Shown here: positions 1 to 12,832 of the stretch, piece after piece
Layout of the letters: each line of letters opens with the position of its first letter
Numbering within the stretch: the first letter of the stretch is position 1
Assembly (NCBI GenBank): GCA_964106645.2
Contig: OZ067044.1
Strand: one strand, 5' to 3'
Length of the DNA: 64,000 nt
Source: Podarcis pityusensis
Taxonomy: Eukaryota
Notes under the pieces: generated by a model
Told to the model about the DNA's origin: nothing
Seen by the model: only the letters and a program-made list of their open reading frames with translations
Database searches by the model: none
Translations under genes and position numbers: made by a program

Positions 1-573
1 GATGCTAAGCTAAACTTACAATTGCTGCTTGCTCTCAACTCTCTGCTACACTGGCCAGAGACAGAAGGTGAGGGGACCTGGGGAAGTAGTGTCTGCTCCT
101 CTCACTTGCCTTTGCTCTCACCATAGGTGGTGGGGTTTGGCTCCACAGGGAGAACACAGGCAAAGTGCAGAAGCAACCATTACTCTGCACCAAAGCTTGC
201 TTAGCTCTCTCTCTCTCTCTTAGGAGTATGGCAAGAAGGTTTAGGCCAGTGATCATAACAAGGAGAAGCCACTGCTGCTTCAGTTTGCTCACCTGCAAAC
301 CCCACCCTAGAAGAGAATGAGTGGGAGCCAGGGCATGAGACAGTCTAAAGAAGTCACCTCAGGTGGTGGAATCCCTGCAGAGACGCCCCCCCCCCCCTTG
401 CCACCAGAGTAGTGAGGAGAAGTGGCAGCAGTGTCTTCCAAGTTCCAGTGAGATATCGCAAGAGCCCACAGAGGCCTCCGGAGGCCTTCTCATGGGGCTC
501 TCACTAGAGCAGTGCCAGATTAGGGCAGTGCAAGCAGTTCTCTTGTACAGGGCTCTGAGCCAAGGGGGTGCAA

Positions 574-613
<40 letters not shown>
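574..613. repeat. (AAT)n microsatellite
   Basis: Direct. Confidence 0.95.
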
Positions 614-614
<1 letters not shown>

Positions 615-1316
615 ATTTATTTATATGGGTTCCTACTAAGAAGATCAGTAAAAAATACAAAAAGGAATTATTGTGAAGATAAGAAATATTTTTTTCTTGG
701 GGGTGGGGTGGAGAGACACCCCCCAAATTTTGTACTTGCTCAGGGCACCATATTATCAAAGTCCGCCCCTGGCTGGAACCCAGAAGCCACATCTACACAA
801 CCCCATAAGTGAGCCTTGGGTGGGGGCAGCAGGTGGCACATATGTAGGGGCAAAATGAGATGGGCCACCTCTGGTGGGGGGCTGTACTTGCTTGCTTACC
901 CTTCCTCTTGATCTAGATGGCACAATGGGGAGGATTGGCTCCAGTCTCCAGCACTGCACCATCCCACAGTGCAGGGGAGTTAATGAGAGGAAGAGGAGGC
1001 TGCTTCTGATCTGAGCAACCACTTGCACATTTCTGCTCTGAGTCTGGACACTGTGAAGACTGGGGCAGCCAAGCTGCACCAGCTAGAGACTGTAAGTAGA
1101 CAGAGAGCTGTTCTTCTCAGACAAGTGGGGTCAGAAGAGCCAAGTCTCAGGATACTTCCTTTTCTTTCCCTGTGTTGCTGATAGAACAAGTAGCTTCAGT
1201 CTAGGTTTGTGACTATGGGACAGGAATAGTAGCTATTCCAGATGAATGAACCTGAAGTAAAAAGGATGCAAAATTGGTGTTATATGATGCAAACCATTAA
1301 ACAGTGTTGGGAGGTA

Positions 1317-1574
1317 CAGTGTTACCTCGGGTTAATAACTTAATTCGTTCTGGAGGTCCGTTCTTAACCTGAAACTGTTCTTAACCTGAAGCACCACTTT
1401 AGCTAATGGGGCCTCCTGCTGCTGCCGCGCTGCCAGAGCACGATTTCTGTTCTCATCCTGAAGCAAAGTTCTTAACCCGAGGTACTATTTCTGGGTTAGC
1501 GGAGTCTGTAACCTGAAGCGTCTGTAACCTGAAGCGTCTGTAACCTGAAGCGTATGTAACCCGAGGTACCACTG
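1317..1574. mobile_element. Tc1/mariner-type (Tigger-like) MITE
   Basis: TIR CAGTG(T/G)TACCTCGGGTTA...TAACCCGAGGTACCACTG, TA at both ends, internal TAACCTGAAGCG repeats; inverted sister copy at 21307-21548. Confidence 0.85.
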
Positions 1575-2012
1575 TACACTGATGTACAACAATTTCTAGG
1601 ATGGAGCAGTGCTTAAGCTGAGCCCTTCCCTTCTTCAGCTGCAGCTAAATCATAGATTTACCCTCCAACGGGTTGAGCAACAGTCTCAAAGCATTGCTCT
1701 TGCCCTTGCTTGCCCCTACCTGCTCACTCCTGCATCTCTACCCACCCTGTTCAACTGGCCAGCACTCAAGGCAACTGATCACCTTCCTATCCTGCTTCCC
1801 TGCCAGTGGGAGTTCTTAGCAGCTGGTATTGGAAACATTATACACATCCCATTTATGATCACAGGTAGCTGTTTCCATTATGCAACAGTAGAGTGCCTAT
1901 CAGTTAAATAATTGCTGGAATATGTAAAACTGGCTGACAGTGTATCAGACCATTAGCCCATCATTGACTACTCCAACAGGCAGCAAGTCAAAGACCTTGG
2001 GAGAACATCTTT

Positions 2013-2093
2013 CATAGAATCATAGAATCAAAGAATTGTAGAGCTGGAAGGGACCCAAATGGTCATCTAGTCCAACCTCCTGTAAAGCAGGAG
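2013..2093 (-). mobile_element. CR1 LINE 3' end
   Basis: CATAGAATCATAGAAT...GGAAGGGACC...GTCATCTAGTCCAACC; related pieces at ~33590-33660 and 41423-41530. Confidence 0.7.
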
Positions 2094-3996
2094 CCACAAC
2101 AACCTCTTTAGCTGGCAGTGGGAGGAATACGAATTGAGGACCTTCTATATAAAAAGCACCAAAGATCCCATATTTCTTCCTATCCACCAGCAGGAAAACC
2201 AGGAAAGTTGTACTTTGGTCAGATGAAATGTCTATTCAGGGATGCTTTTTTATAGCCTCAAAGAAAGCAAGATTGTACTTGCTTAATGCGATACTCTTCC
2301 AAATCCCACTTTAACAGAAATTCCCACCAAAGGCCTAGCTTCTAAAGAACAAAATTAAATGGCCAGAAAATGGCATGGGCATTAATGCCAATGTTAAATA
2401 CAGGAATGGAGAAGCTTCTTCATAAACATTAATAGTGCAGAAAATGGAGCTGAAAGACAGATTATTTGAAGTGCAGCAATTTCATAAGGCACATCGAAGG
2501 ATGGACAGTTCAAAGATATAAAGTCTGAAAATCAATTGAGGCTGCACCATGTTAATGGTGTAAAAGAGCTTGTGTCTGTGGGCATGCCACACCACACTGG
2601 ACAGTACCAGAATGACTGTTATTTTCACATCTTCTCCCTTTTTAAACATTCTCTCACTCTCTTCTTCTGCTTTAAACAACAAACAAAAAACTGTCCACCT
2701 TCTGACCCAAATAAGAACCCCCAAGGTGGCATACACTTAAAAGGATGAAATGTACACCCAGTATAATACAACAGAGAGAGCACAGAAAGCACGTGAAAAT
2801 AACAGAATGGTGCAGCAGGGGGTAAATATTCAGCACAGAGGAAATGTTAATGCTAACAGCTCGGCTATCCAAGTTCCATGACAAGGCAAAAATGTTACTT
2901 TCCCCCCACAAGGCCACTAGATAAGACTTTTTGCAGCGGATGTGCTTCTGTGTACCCCAGCCTGTTGATTCTGAATTGAAGGTCGACAACAATGGAAAAA
3001 AATAGCAAGCAATAGTGATAGCATATGACTAGCCAAACTGAGAATTCAGTGGGAGATCTGTGATTGGATCACCCCATACACTTTGCTTTTCCTAGTTTGG
3101 ATCAGTGCCACAGAATGGGAGCAAGACCTAAAAATCTTTATTGTGGCCTTATGGCTCTACTCAAACTTGCCTTCCTGGAACTGCTGTATTATGACAGCAT
3201 GCTTTCCCCCTCTTTGGTTACTGGCAGCTTGGCTACTGGCCCTGATCCAAATGTCCCCACCCCACCCCCGCTGACCTAGGCCAGTAAATTTATTGGTGAC
3301 AACTAGTCACACACCTATCACACTGCGAGCAAACGCTAAGCATCTGATTCCCATCACCACTGCAGCGAGTTCTATGCAGGCCTATCCTTAAAGCCACAGC
3401 AGAACCATGTGGCTTGTCTCCTGAAAAGGAACGAGGCCCTTCAGTTCTGTCTCAGTTGCCCTAGGCACTGTTTGCTTGCAAGATAAATGCTAGGTCTTTT
3501 CTTTAAAGCACCACTGTGGCGCACCTATACTATTGAACCCCTTACCAAGGAAGCCCACATGCCACCTTCATGAGTGCCCCATATATATTTGTTCCAAAAG
3601 GCCTTTGTTGGCAGCTGGCACTGCAGTTTTGGTTAGCAGCCTTAATGCCACGCACACACTCTGCTTTTATTGGCCATTGCTCTTACTTTTGCATTGTTTT
3701 TATGACTATGCTTATTGCAGGAGCTGTGGCTTATGCTGAGGGGTTTTATTGTTTGCATTATGACAGGTTGCTGCCGCTGCTGCTGCTGTGACTTGGATTA
3801 TTTATTCTATTTTTTTGGTGCTGTTTTCATATTGTAAATTACTAATGTAAGAACAACAACAATTCCAACCAGTGCTGCTCACAAACCTTTGAACTGAGCC
3901 AAATTCTTCATCAGGCTACTTTTTATGTTTCTGAATGAGGCACATAGTGTTGATCTCTGACTACAATTTATTTCAGTCTTAATTGAGAAATAGAGG

Positions 3997-3997
<1 letters not shown>

Positions 3998-4030
<33 letters not shown>
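3998..4030. repeat. (GT)n microsatellite
   Basis: Direct; similar tracts at 9498-9536, 53174-53209 and 55072-55103. Confidence 0.95.
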
Positions 4031-4033
<3 letters not shown>

Positions 4034-4178
4034 ACAGTCTTGAATGGACCTTTGCCTTGTGCAAATGTATCAGGTTGCATAGAAGGCAAAGAAGTAATGG
4101 AGGAACACCTACTGAAAATATAACAAGTTGCTAGCCGTGGAGGAAATTTATATCAGGAAAACACCACAGGCTAAAATA

Positions 4179-5321
4179 TCTTTCCATATTCTATGGGTCA
4201 TTAGACTAAAATCAGTCATGTTAAAAGGTCTGTGTGGGTGTGAAGCAAATATCCTTTGGAAACATATGCTTGAGGAATATCCCAAATCTGATGCAACCAT
4301 GCAAATCTATTCATGATTAGCTCTTGACTTCTTAGCTAGTCTCTCTGGATTGTGTGAGAGAGAGCCTCCTGGCTGACAAGCAAGCTTCTACCTACGTACA
4401 GCTTCTCCCTGATATATGCAGCTGGTAGCAGGGAGGAGCACACTATTTTCTGCACTGCAAGGGATCTTTGCCTTTGCTTTTTCCTATGGAGACATGAGCC
4501 CCACCTCAGCACTCACAAATGACATTTCTTTCACAATTTAAAGTGGATTTTCATTGTCTTCTTTCTAAAAATAGTGTCAATCATATCTATTTTATTAATA
4601 TTTTTGTGATTTATGAACAGCTTTTTGGCCACACAGAGGCAAATTTTAACAACCTCAAGATTATTTAGAAGGAAATGATAAAACCAAAATTTTGAACGAA
4701 TTCTAAAGACACTGTAATATGCAGTAGAAACAGTCTTAGAAAAAATTAAGCACTTTGGATGGGAAAGGTAAGCGTATGTTTAATCTCTCCGACTGAAGTC
4801 AAAATAAGGTTGTCTCTGTAGCCTTATCTGTCAGGTTTTCCTGGATTCTAGACATGTCACCCATTGTCTGTTTGAATCCTTAACTGGCCATGTTTCCCAA
4901 ATTTCAATTTAAAATAAAGAAACAAGTCTCTAGTCCTCATTGAATGTGGTTCTGGCTCTGGCTCTGCGAAGGGGGAGAGGCTATCTGGTTATTGCCCTAA
5001 AATGCTCAACAACTTTTTGTGTCCGGATTTTTACCTCTTGAAATCTGGCCACCCCATTATACAACCTTTAGAAGATATCTGAAGGCAGCCCTGCATAGTG
5101 AGGTATTTTTTATGTTGTATATGTTTTTATATATATTGGAAGCCGCCAGAATTGCTAGGGCAACCCAGTCAATTGTTGTTGTTGTTTTGTTGTTGTTTTG
5201 TTGTTGCATCAGATTTGGGATATTCCTCAAGCATATGTTTCCAAAGGATATTTGCTGCACACCCACACAGACCTTTTAACATGACTGATTTTAGTCTAAT
5301 GACCCATAGAATATGGAAAGA
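4179..5321. repeat. 119 bp inverted repeat (arms 4179-4297 and 5203-5321, one mismatch)
   Basis: Direct base-by-base comparison. Confidence 0.95.
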
Positions 5322-6350
5322 ATATTAAATAGGACGCCCCTATTTTCATCAGAGGTATATTGGAGGGTATGACACTAACTTCTTCCCCCCACCACATGAG
5401 ACAATAGGGGGAGTGCTGTGGGAGGGGGGCGATTTTGATTACAAAAAGAATTAGAAGGGAGAATGTTAATCACTCCTTCCTCCTAAGTCTCTTTCCTGCA
5501 ATCAGCTTTTAGTCCTTTGACCGCATTTCCCTAACAAAACAAAATCTTCAGACCAAACCACCATGCATACTTTGAGGCTCTGCACATGGTTAAACGTTGC
5601 CTTAAAATGATGCAGTATATATCATTAATCTCACCGCTGTCCTGCCCCATCATTTTCCGCTGATGGTTGGATTGGATTTATAGTCATATACATCCCACAC
5701 AAAATGCAACTCAGAGCACAGCAAAAGTCAGTCTGGTTAACGGTCCCCTCACATCAACTACCAGCCAAAAACCTGTTCATATGAAGTAGTATCATCAGAT
5801 CCTTTGCCCTCTTGCCTTTTGTGGGCTAAGACCATAGTTCTTAGGCCCACGACTGACAAAACCTCTCTCAATAGCTTATATGTAAAGTGCATTATAGCTA
5901 GCTTTAAGTGGTTAACAGCCAAATCCTGCATAGATTCTGCACAGGCTGTATGTAGATAAGCACATTGAAATTTACGAAACAGGGCTGTAAGGTTGCAATC
6001 CTGTGGACATTTACTGTTGGGAGTAAAATCCGTGGCACTTGTGGAGAGAACGACAATGGCATGTTCATGATTGCTTCTTGTTTACTAAATAACAAGTATA
6101 GGAAAGCCCAATCCAGACCGGGGCTGGGAGAGAGAGAAGATTCAAGCCTTTGCTCCTGTTGTGGTCCTGATCCAGATCACTGCCCCCAGCAGCTGTTTAC
6201 AAATTGATCACCATTGTGTCTATTTTCAACCTTACTTCCAAGTAAACATGTAAAGGATTAGGCTATTACCCAACTAATGACTACAATAGTTTCAGAATTA
6301 CCCTCACCTGGTGGCTTTTTCAATTTTCTAGTTTATCGCTGACCAAGTTA

Positions 6351-6766
6351 CTGTACTTTTCTGTCTATAAGACGTCCCCTTGTATAAGACACACACCTCC
6401 GTTTAAGAAAATGAGGGGAGATGGCCCAAAGTTGTTCAGCCTCTCCCCCCACGCAGCTGTGGGCAGAAAACACTCCCTAGATCATTTCCCACACGCAACA
6501 GCATTGGGTGAATTTGCGCTCCCGTCAAAGAGCTGGCTGGCAGCACGCTGCTTCTCCCCACCACGCAGCTGTGGGCAGTAAACACCCCCCAGATCGCTCC
6601 CCGCTCGCTGCAGCATCGGGGGAAGCCGCTTTCTAGCCCACCAAATGGCTGGCGGCACACCGCCCTTCTCCCCGCTGCCATGCTACTATCCATGTATTGG
6701 ACGACCTCAGTTTTCTGAAGTGATTTTTGAGTCAAAAACCCTCGTCCAATACACGGAAAAATACGG
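6351..6766. mobile_element. TcMar (Tc2/pogo-like) non-autonomous element
   Basis: TA|CTGTACTTTTCTGTCTATAAGACG...CGTCCAATACACGGAAAAATACGG|TA, with GC-rich internal repeats. Confidence 0.7.
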
Positions 6767-8535
6767 TATCTTGTTTTACACCTGTGTGCATAATAATAAT
6801 TCATAATAAAAATGTTCATTTCCCTGGAACATTCACAAGTCACTTGGGGAACCTAAGATCAAGAGTTGCCTTGCTGAATCAAAGCAAAATCCATCTAGAT
6901 CAGCATTCTGCTGTTAATATCAGAAAGCAAAGACCTCTGCAAGCTGTCAAGCAAGGCATAGAAATGAAAGGCACCAGCTGTTCCTTTGAGGTATACTGCC
7001 TTCATGTATGTAGGTTCAACCATTTTTCATAAAGCAATCTCATCACATCTTAGGATGCTGAGTTAATTATTAACTTTGTACAGAAGTATTTTCTTATGTC
7101 AGCCTTGAACTGTATGCAGACCACTTCTTTGAAGACCTTGAAATTATGAGATGAGAGGTAGGGGGAAATTCGCTCTCTACCCATGCTTTGCATAGTGATA
7201 AGAACATAGCCTCAACTGAAGCAATAAAATACATAACCTGTATGCCACAATAAACCTTTAAGGTAGTCATTGTGGGTTTTGCTGCAACAAACAAAAAACT
7301 GCTGACATTCTGGAGTAAGCTAGAGAGCAGAACATTTTCTATGTGAATTCTCAGCTACATAGAAGAGATAATAACAAATATATCAGGAATCCACTAGTTT
7401 GCTTTTCATGCCTTTGGTATCATATTCCATTATTCTTTGCAGAGTGGTTTTAATTAAACCAACTTGTGATCTTTCAGATGAAGGGTGGTATACAAATTTT
7501 AACAACAACAGGCCATTCAGTAAATGCTAATTTACCATTGTAGATATAACTTTAGAAATTGGTTGCCCGTAGTTCCTGCCAAAATCTGAGAAGCATTTTA
7601 AAACATGTTCAGTCAGAAAGCATCATCCTGTGTTAAGCTGCCACCTCTATTTGTCCACTGTTGCAGCAACTGATGACTCACATTTATCTTAGGATCAACT
7701 GAGTAACACCCAAACTTGGCTGCCAAATGTTTCCTTTTGCCTGCCATTTTTAAGTGGCCCGCCTTTATATCAAAAAGTTGGTTCTGATACAAAATTACAC
7801 ATGTGATTTGATGATTCAAGAGAAGCCCATAAAAAGAACAAAATGTCTTGTGGCACCTCAAAGACTGAAATTTGTTGCCTGAAAACAACAGAGTCTTTTT
7901 AAGCCTAGCAAATTTATTATGGCGAAAGTTTTTGTGGGCTAGAGTCCACCATGAAAGCTTATTCTGCAATACATATGTTAGCTGCCAAAGAATTCTCTTG
8001 TTTTCGTACTATGAAGCAAATCAATTGATTCAGCTGAGCCAGAACAGAACAGTATGAAACTTGCTGAGAAATTCTAGTACAGCAACTCCAAGCTGGAACT
8101 GCCTGTTTAAGTCTTTTTGCCAGAGTATTGTTAATTTGGGGTCACCAGCAGGGCATCCTGCTCTTCCACTGAATGTTGCCGTTTTTATATCAGATTTGTG
8201 TTCTTTAGTACAAATGGCCTGTTTATGGGCCTGCCTAATACATTTTGGCACCTGAGGCAAACCACAAAATGGCACCCCCTCCCTGCCAGGGAAGAAGGGG
8301 TGAGTGAATATCTACACCAGGAAAAAGGGAGGAATAAAGATCTGTTTTGGGATCTGCTGCCCCTGTAGATCCTGCCACCTGAGGCTGTTGCCTCTCCTTG
8401 TCTCATGGGTGATTCAGGCCTATTCAGACAAAGGCATTGTTGGCAATGGTGTTTTATGGGCAGGTGAATGAACTCTGATGGCATGGCTGATGTTATTAGG
8501 TCCTGTCTCCTGCTTGAAACCTTATCTGATAATGA

Positions 8536-8615
8536 TAATTTATTATTTATACCCCGCCCATCTGGCTGGGTTTCTCCAGCCACTCTGGGTGGCTTCCAAC
8601 AAAATATTAAAAATA
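8536..8615 (-). mobile_element. Unclassified squamate retroposon 3' end; a sister copy lies on + at ~5060-5200
   Basis: TTATTTATACCCCGCCCATCTGGCTGGGTTTCTCCAGCCACTCTGGGTGGCTTCCAA is complementary to TTGGAAGCCGCCAGAATTGCTAGGGCAACCCAGTCA at 5137-5171. Confidence 0.55.
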
Positions 8616-9058
8616 TTTTATCACTGCCTCCTTCTTTCTCAGTCAATTTCCCTAGCTTACAGATGACTTAGTCCTAACAGATGACAAATATTATCTTTAG
8701 CAGAGTCAATCCATTCAAATGAGTCTTATGCCTCTTTACAATTCCTATAATCCAATTTTAAAAAGGCAGAATCACATTTCAAGATTATTATTTTTAAACA
8801 GATGCAATGTGCAGAAGGGAGTAGTAGACATTGATCAGTCTGTAAGATCTTCTTGATCACAAGGGGACAGATGGATGCTGGATGCACACATACTAAAAAA
8901 AAAAAAATGGAGATAGGTGCTGCTTCTTAGTATTTGTCCAACCTTTGTGGAGGAGGCGCTCTCTTGGTGTGGAAGATAGAAACATGCAATATCATATCCC
9001 ATTTATAGCATGCTTTGATCCAGCATCTTCCCTCCATCACCCTTGATAGCCAGTATCC

Positions 9059-9289
9059 TTGCAAAATCCTATCACTGATCATAACACTTTAAATTCCGTG
9101 TTATACAGTTTCACCTGTGTTACAGAATGTAAGTACGCTGCGTGCCATATACACCATGTTGGAAAAACGAGGGCAGACCTTTGTTACAATTTCAAAAAAT
9201 CACAAATGAGTAGTCACACACACACAAGCCTTGAAAAACCTGTTGCCACCTGCTTAAACGAGCACAGCCTTTCAGATTTGGAAATATAG
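9059..9289 (+). mobile_element. Penelope-like GIY-YIG endonuclease relic
   Basis: YSFTC..C....C..HVGKT...L......EKPVATCLNEHSLSDLEI resembles the Penelope endonuclease C-terminal pattern (FTC...YIGxT...KPVxxHFN..HSxxDL). Confidence 0.6.
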
Positions 9290-9339
9290 CCAAAAGGAAA
9301 ACAAACAAAACTCATGTACTACTCATATTGCATCTGAAG

Positions 9340-9485
9340 AACTATGCCCAGTCCTGGACATCACATATTTAGAAGAATTTAGATAAATTGGAACAGGTTC
9401 AGAGGAGGGCAGCGTAGATATGGTCCATGGTATAAAAGGCAAGCCCTATGACTGGGTATGTTTAGCCTGAAGAAGAGAAGATTGT
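9340..9485 (+). mobile_element. CR1 LINE ORF2 3' fragment
   Basis: GATAAATTGGAACAGGTTCAGAGGAGGGCA...CTGGGTATGTTTAGCCTGAAGAAGAGAAGA. Confidence 0.65.
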
Positions 9486-9495
9486 GACAGTATTC

Positions 9496-9539
<44 letters not shown>

Positions 9540-10119
9540 GCAACAAATAAGACAAGGTATTTAAAATCAACACAAAGTAAAACTGATTTGTAGCTAAATA
9601 TTATGAAGTTGGTTGCGCTTGCAATAAAGTCTAGGAACACTATGTTAAACCCAGAACTGCAGTATAACATCTGATCAGTAGAGGGCAGACATAACCCAAC
9701 AAATTTGTACCAAAGAAGAAATTACATTCTTGCGATAGAATGATTGTCCTGTTACCTTTGAAGAATAAAGGGACAATTTTGACATTGTTAAATGTCTTCT
9801 TGGGTCCATTACCCTCAGATCTAAAGGAAAGTTCAAGCTTACCAGGTTCCATGAAAATATCTCACTTTATGGAAACATCCATACCTTATAGGTGCAGAAA
9901 ACTACTGTATATTCTATGTCAAGATACCACCTTTTGCTTATATTGTTCATCAGGGTTCCTCCCCCCTACAAAAGAAGGATCTTAACTAAGCAGTGTTCGA
10001 AATGCAGGTGAAATGTGGGTGCCACCGAGCTGCTTTTCTTCATTCTGAACAAGCAGGTTAGAAAATGGAAATATTACAGCCTTGCAGTCTAGGTCTTAAA
10101 ATGTATCTGTGATTCTCAC

Positions 10120-12666
10120 CTGTACACTGTTATCAGGGATGAGCTTTTCACCCAGAGATTCATTCCCAATTCCAGAATCGTCCTTCAGAATGGGATCATC
10201 TGTGGCCACTGAGGGGTTTGGTTTCAGAAAGGCAAACTCATTCCGGTCTGCCTTAGACGCTAAGCATACTTCATATGAATAGGGCAATGTCAATGTCCCA
10301 TTATTGTAATTGCAGGAAAATTTGTGTCCCAAGCTAGAGTACAAGTCAGTATTGTAGGATCCAATCACTGTTGGGCTTCTCTGTCTCCGACATTTAAGTA
10401 TTAAAACTGTTAAGACTGTAAAAAGGAATAAGAATGAGACCAAAGCCAAGGCTATAACTAAAATGGCATTCATATCAGACTGATACTTAGAGTCAATGGC
10501 TGGTTTGCTCATTTCCGGAAGTGCCTCTTGGAAGTTCTCAGCAACCACAAGATTGAGGACCACAGTAGCTGAGAGCGGAGCCTTCCCATTGTCCTTCACC
10601 AAGATGACCAGCTTCTGTTTCACAGCATCTTTCTCCAGAAGGGCTCGTGACGTCCTGATCTCTCCCGTGTGGGTCCCAATGGTGAAGAGGGCCGGCTCTG
10701 TGGCCTGCAGCACTTGATAGGAGAGCCAGGCATTGTGCCCAGAGTCAGCGTCCACAGCCACCACTTTGGTCACTAGGTAGCCTGGCTCTGCCGAGTGAGG
10801 AACCATCTCAAACAAGGCAGAGCCCTCAACACCCGGGACAGGATACAGAACGCGAGGGCTGTTATCGTTCTGATCCAAAATGTACACCCACACGGTGGCG
10901 TTGTTGCTGAGAGAGGGAGAGCCGCCATCTTGGGCCTTCACTTGGATCTGAAACTCCCAGAATTGCTCATAGTCAAAGGAGCGCTGTGCATAGATAGTTC
11001 CCGTCTCAGAGTTGATGGAGACGTAAGAGGAGAGAGGCAGCTCCTCCATGTTGCTGTTGAGGATGGAGTAAGTGATACGTGAGTTGCGGTCCAGATCCGG
11101 GTCCGAGGCTTTGAGGGCAAAAATGGAGGCACCTGAGGGATTGTTTTCAGGCACAAAGACACTGTAGGTTGATTTTTCAAAGGCAGGGGGGTTGTCATTG
11201 ATATCTGATATCTGAAGGGAGATAGTTTTGTTGGAGGAGAGAGGGGGGCTACCTTTGTCGGTGGCCGTGATTGTGATGTTGTATCCTGAGGCTTTTTCTC
11301 TGTCTAGCGGGCTCTCTGTAAGTAGCTTGTAGTAACTGTTAGATGAAGAAATAATTTTAAAAGGCAAATTATATTGTATGTGGCAAGTAACCTTCCCATT
11401 TTCTCCTTCATCTCTATCATCCACATTGATCAAAGCTATCACAGTTCCTGGTAAAGAGTCTTCAGGAACTGGACTAAACATAGATGTTAGCAAAATCTCT
11501 GGAGCATTATCATTCTCATCCAGAACATCAATCTCGACTTTACAATGTGCCAGTAGTCCACCACCATCTTTGGCTTCCACTAACATCATATAGCTTCTGG
11601 ATTCTTCAAAGTCTAAAGTCTCCCTAAGTAAAATTGCTCCACTTTCAGGATCCAGGCTGAATTTCTGTCTTGCTTTAGCTGGGATATTGCTAAAACTGTA
11701 TCTTATCTGTGCATAAGGACCTTCATCTGCATCTGAGGCTTTCACCTGGATCACTAACGATCCTTTTGGTGCACTCTCTTTTAGGCTGAGTTTATAGACT
11801 TCCTCAGTGAAAACAGGTGGGTTGTCATTGGCATCAGTGACATTAATCCATATCTGGGCTGTTCCAGTTTTTCTTGGTTCTCCACCATCCAGGCCTGTAA
11901 GGATCAAGTGGAGGCTGTGCTCACTTTCCCGATCCAGAGGTTTGCTTTGCACTAAAATAGGGTATTTATTTCCATCTGGACTTTCTTTAACTTCCAAGGT
12001 GAAGTACTGATTACTGCTCAGCTGGTAATTTTGCAGAGAATTTATCCCAACATCAGGATCTTCAGCACTTTCAAGGGGGAATATGGCTCCAGTCAAGCTA
12101 GATTCGCTTATTTCTAGCTTGATATCATCTTTTAAAAATTGTGGTGCATTATCATTAATATCCTCTATGGTGATGCTTATATGAAAAACATTTAGAGGGT
12201 TTTCAACCACAGTTTCAAAGTTAAGGACACAACTGGGTGATTTCCCACAGATTGCTTCTCGATCTATTTGGTCTCTGACATAGAAGTCTCCATGTTCCTC
12301 ATTCACAGTAAAGAACTGAGCATTAGCTGCAGAAACAATACGGAGCTTCCTCTTCACCAGGTCTCTCTTACTCAGACCCAAATCCGTGGCCAGATTTCCC
12401 ACAAGAGAACCCTTCTCCCTTTCCTCAGGAATTGAATACCAGACCTCTTCCGACATTGCCAGGCAGAACAAAGAGAATAACAAGGAAAGCTGTACTTGCC
12501 GCCGGAGTGGCTCCCTGCTCCCTGTGATCTTCATCCATTTCCTCGGCTGCTTTGTTTGCATCTTTTCTTTTCTGATTCGGGTCTTCAAGTTTCTTTCATG
12601 CTGCAAGAAGTTGTTGTCAGGAGCAGGCATCGTTCCATGATGCAGTCTCAACGGGGAGGGATCCAT
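10120..12666 (-). CDS. PCDHG: Protocadherin gamma variable exon, gamma-B-like (gene 1; divergent EC1-3 and TM/tail, B-type EC4end-EC6)
   Basis: 856 aa ORF with signal peptide, YSIPEE, C-x5-C in EC1, repeated DxNDN/LDRE/DxD cadherin motifs, TM and [12 protein letters not shown]. Phase-0 donor GTACAG|GTGAGA at 10120/10119. Start uncertain (ATGs at 12666, 12630, 12561, 12534). Confidence 0.95.
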
Positions 12667-12790
12667 TTTTGGTAGGATGCTATATTGTTGTCCCTCAATT
12701 CCAGCTCCTTCAGATTTGTAGAACTTAACTCAGTAATTGTTACATCACAGGAAAAGTGAATGGACCCCTGATTTCTATCCTTATCCCGTA

Positions 12791-12832
12791 TTGGCCAACA
12801 GCGGCACTCTGAGTCTCTGCTGGAAAACTGCA
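12791..12832 (-). promoter_or_regulatory. CSE / CTCF-type promoter element of gene 1 (CGCT box intact)
   Basis: Minus strand TGCAGTTTTCCAGCAGAGACTCAGAGTGCCGCTGTTGGCCAA; the same architecture lies upstream of every complete exon. Confidence 0.85.

Noticed and set aside
359-792. Poly-Tyr/poly-Ile and other low-complexity ORFs
   Set aside because: Translations of microsatellites.
1500-1560. Short tandem repeats as a CRISPR-like array
   Set aside because: Internal repeats of a MITE with no spacers; eukaryotic DNA.
5780-6000. QPCFVNFNVLI and RAKD resembling EC1/EC2
   Set aside because: Motif spacing is inconsistent and it adjoins a SINE-like sequence.
10496-11198. Recurrent plus-strand and alternative-frame ORFs (e.g. 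[27 protein letters not shown]) inside each exon
   Set aside because: Shadows of the conserved, homogenised Pcdh coding sequence; several start at non-ATG codons.
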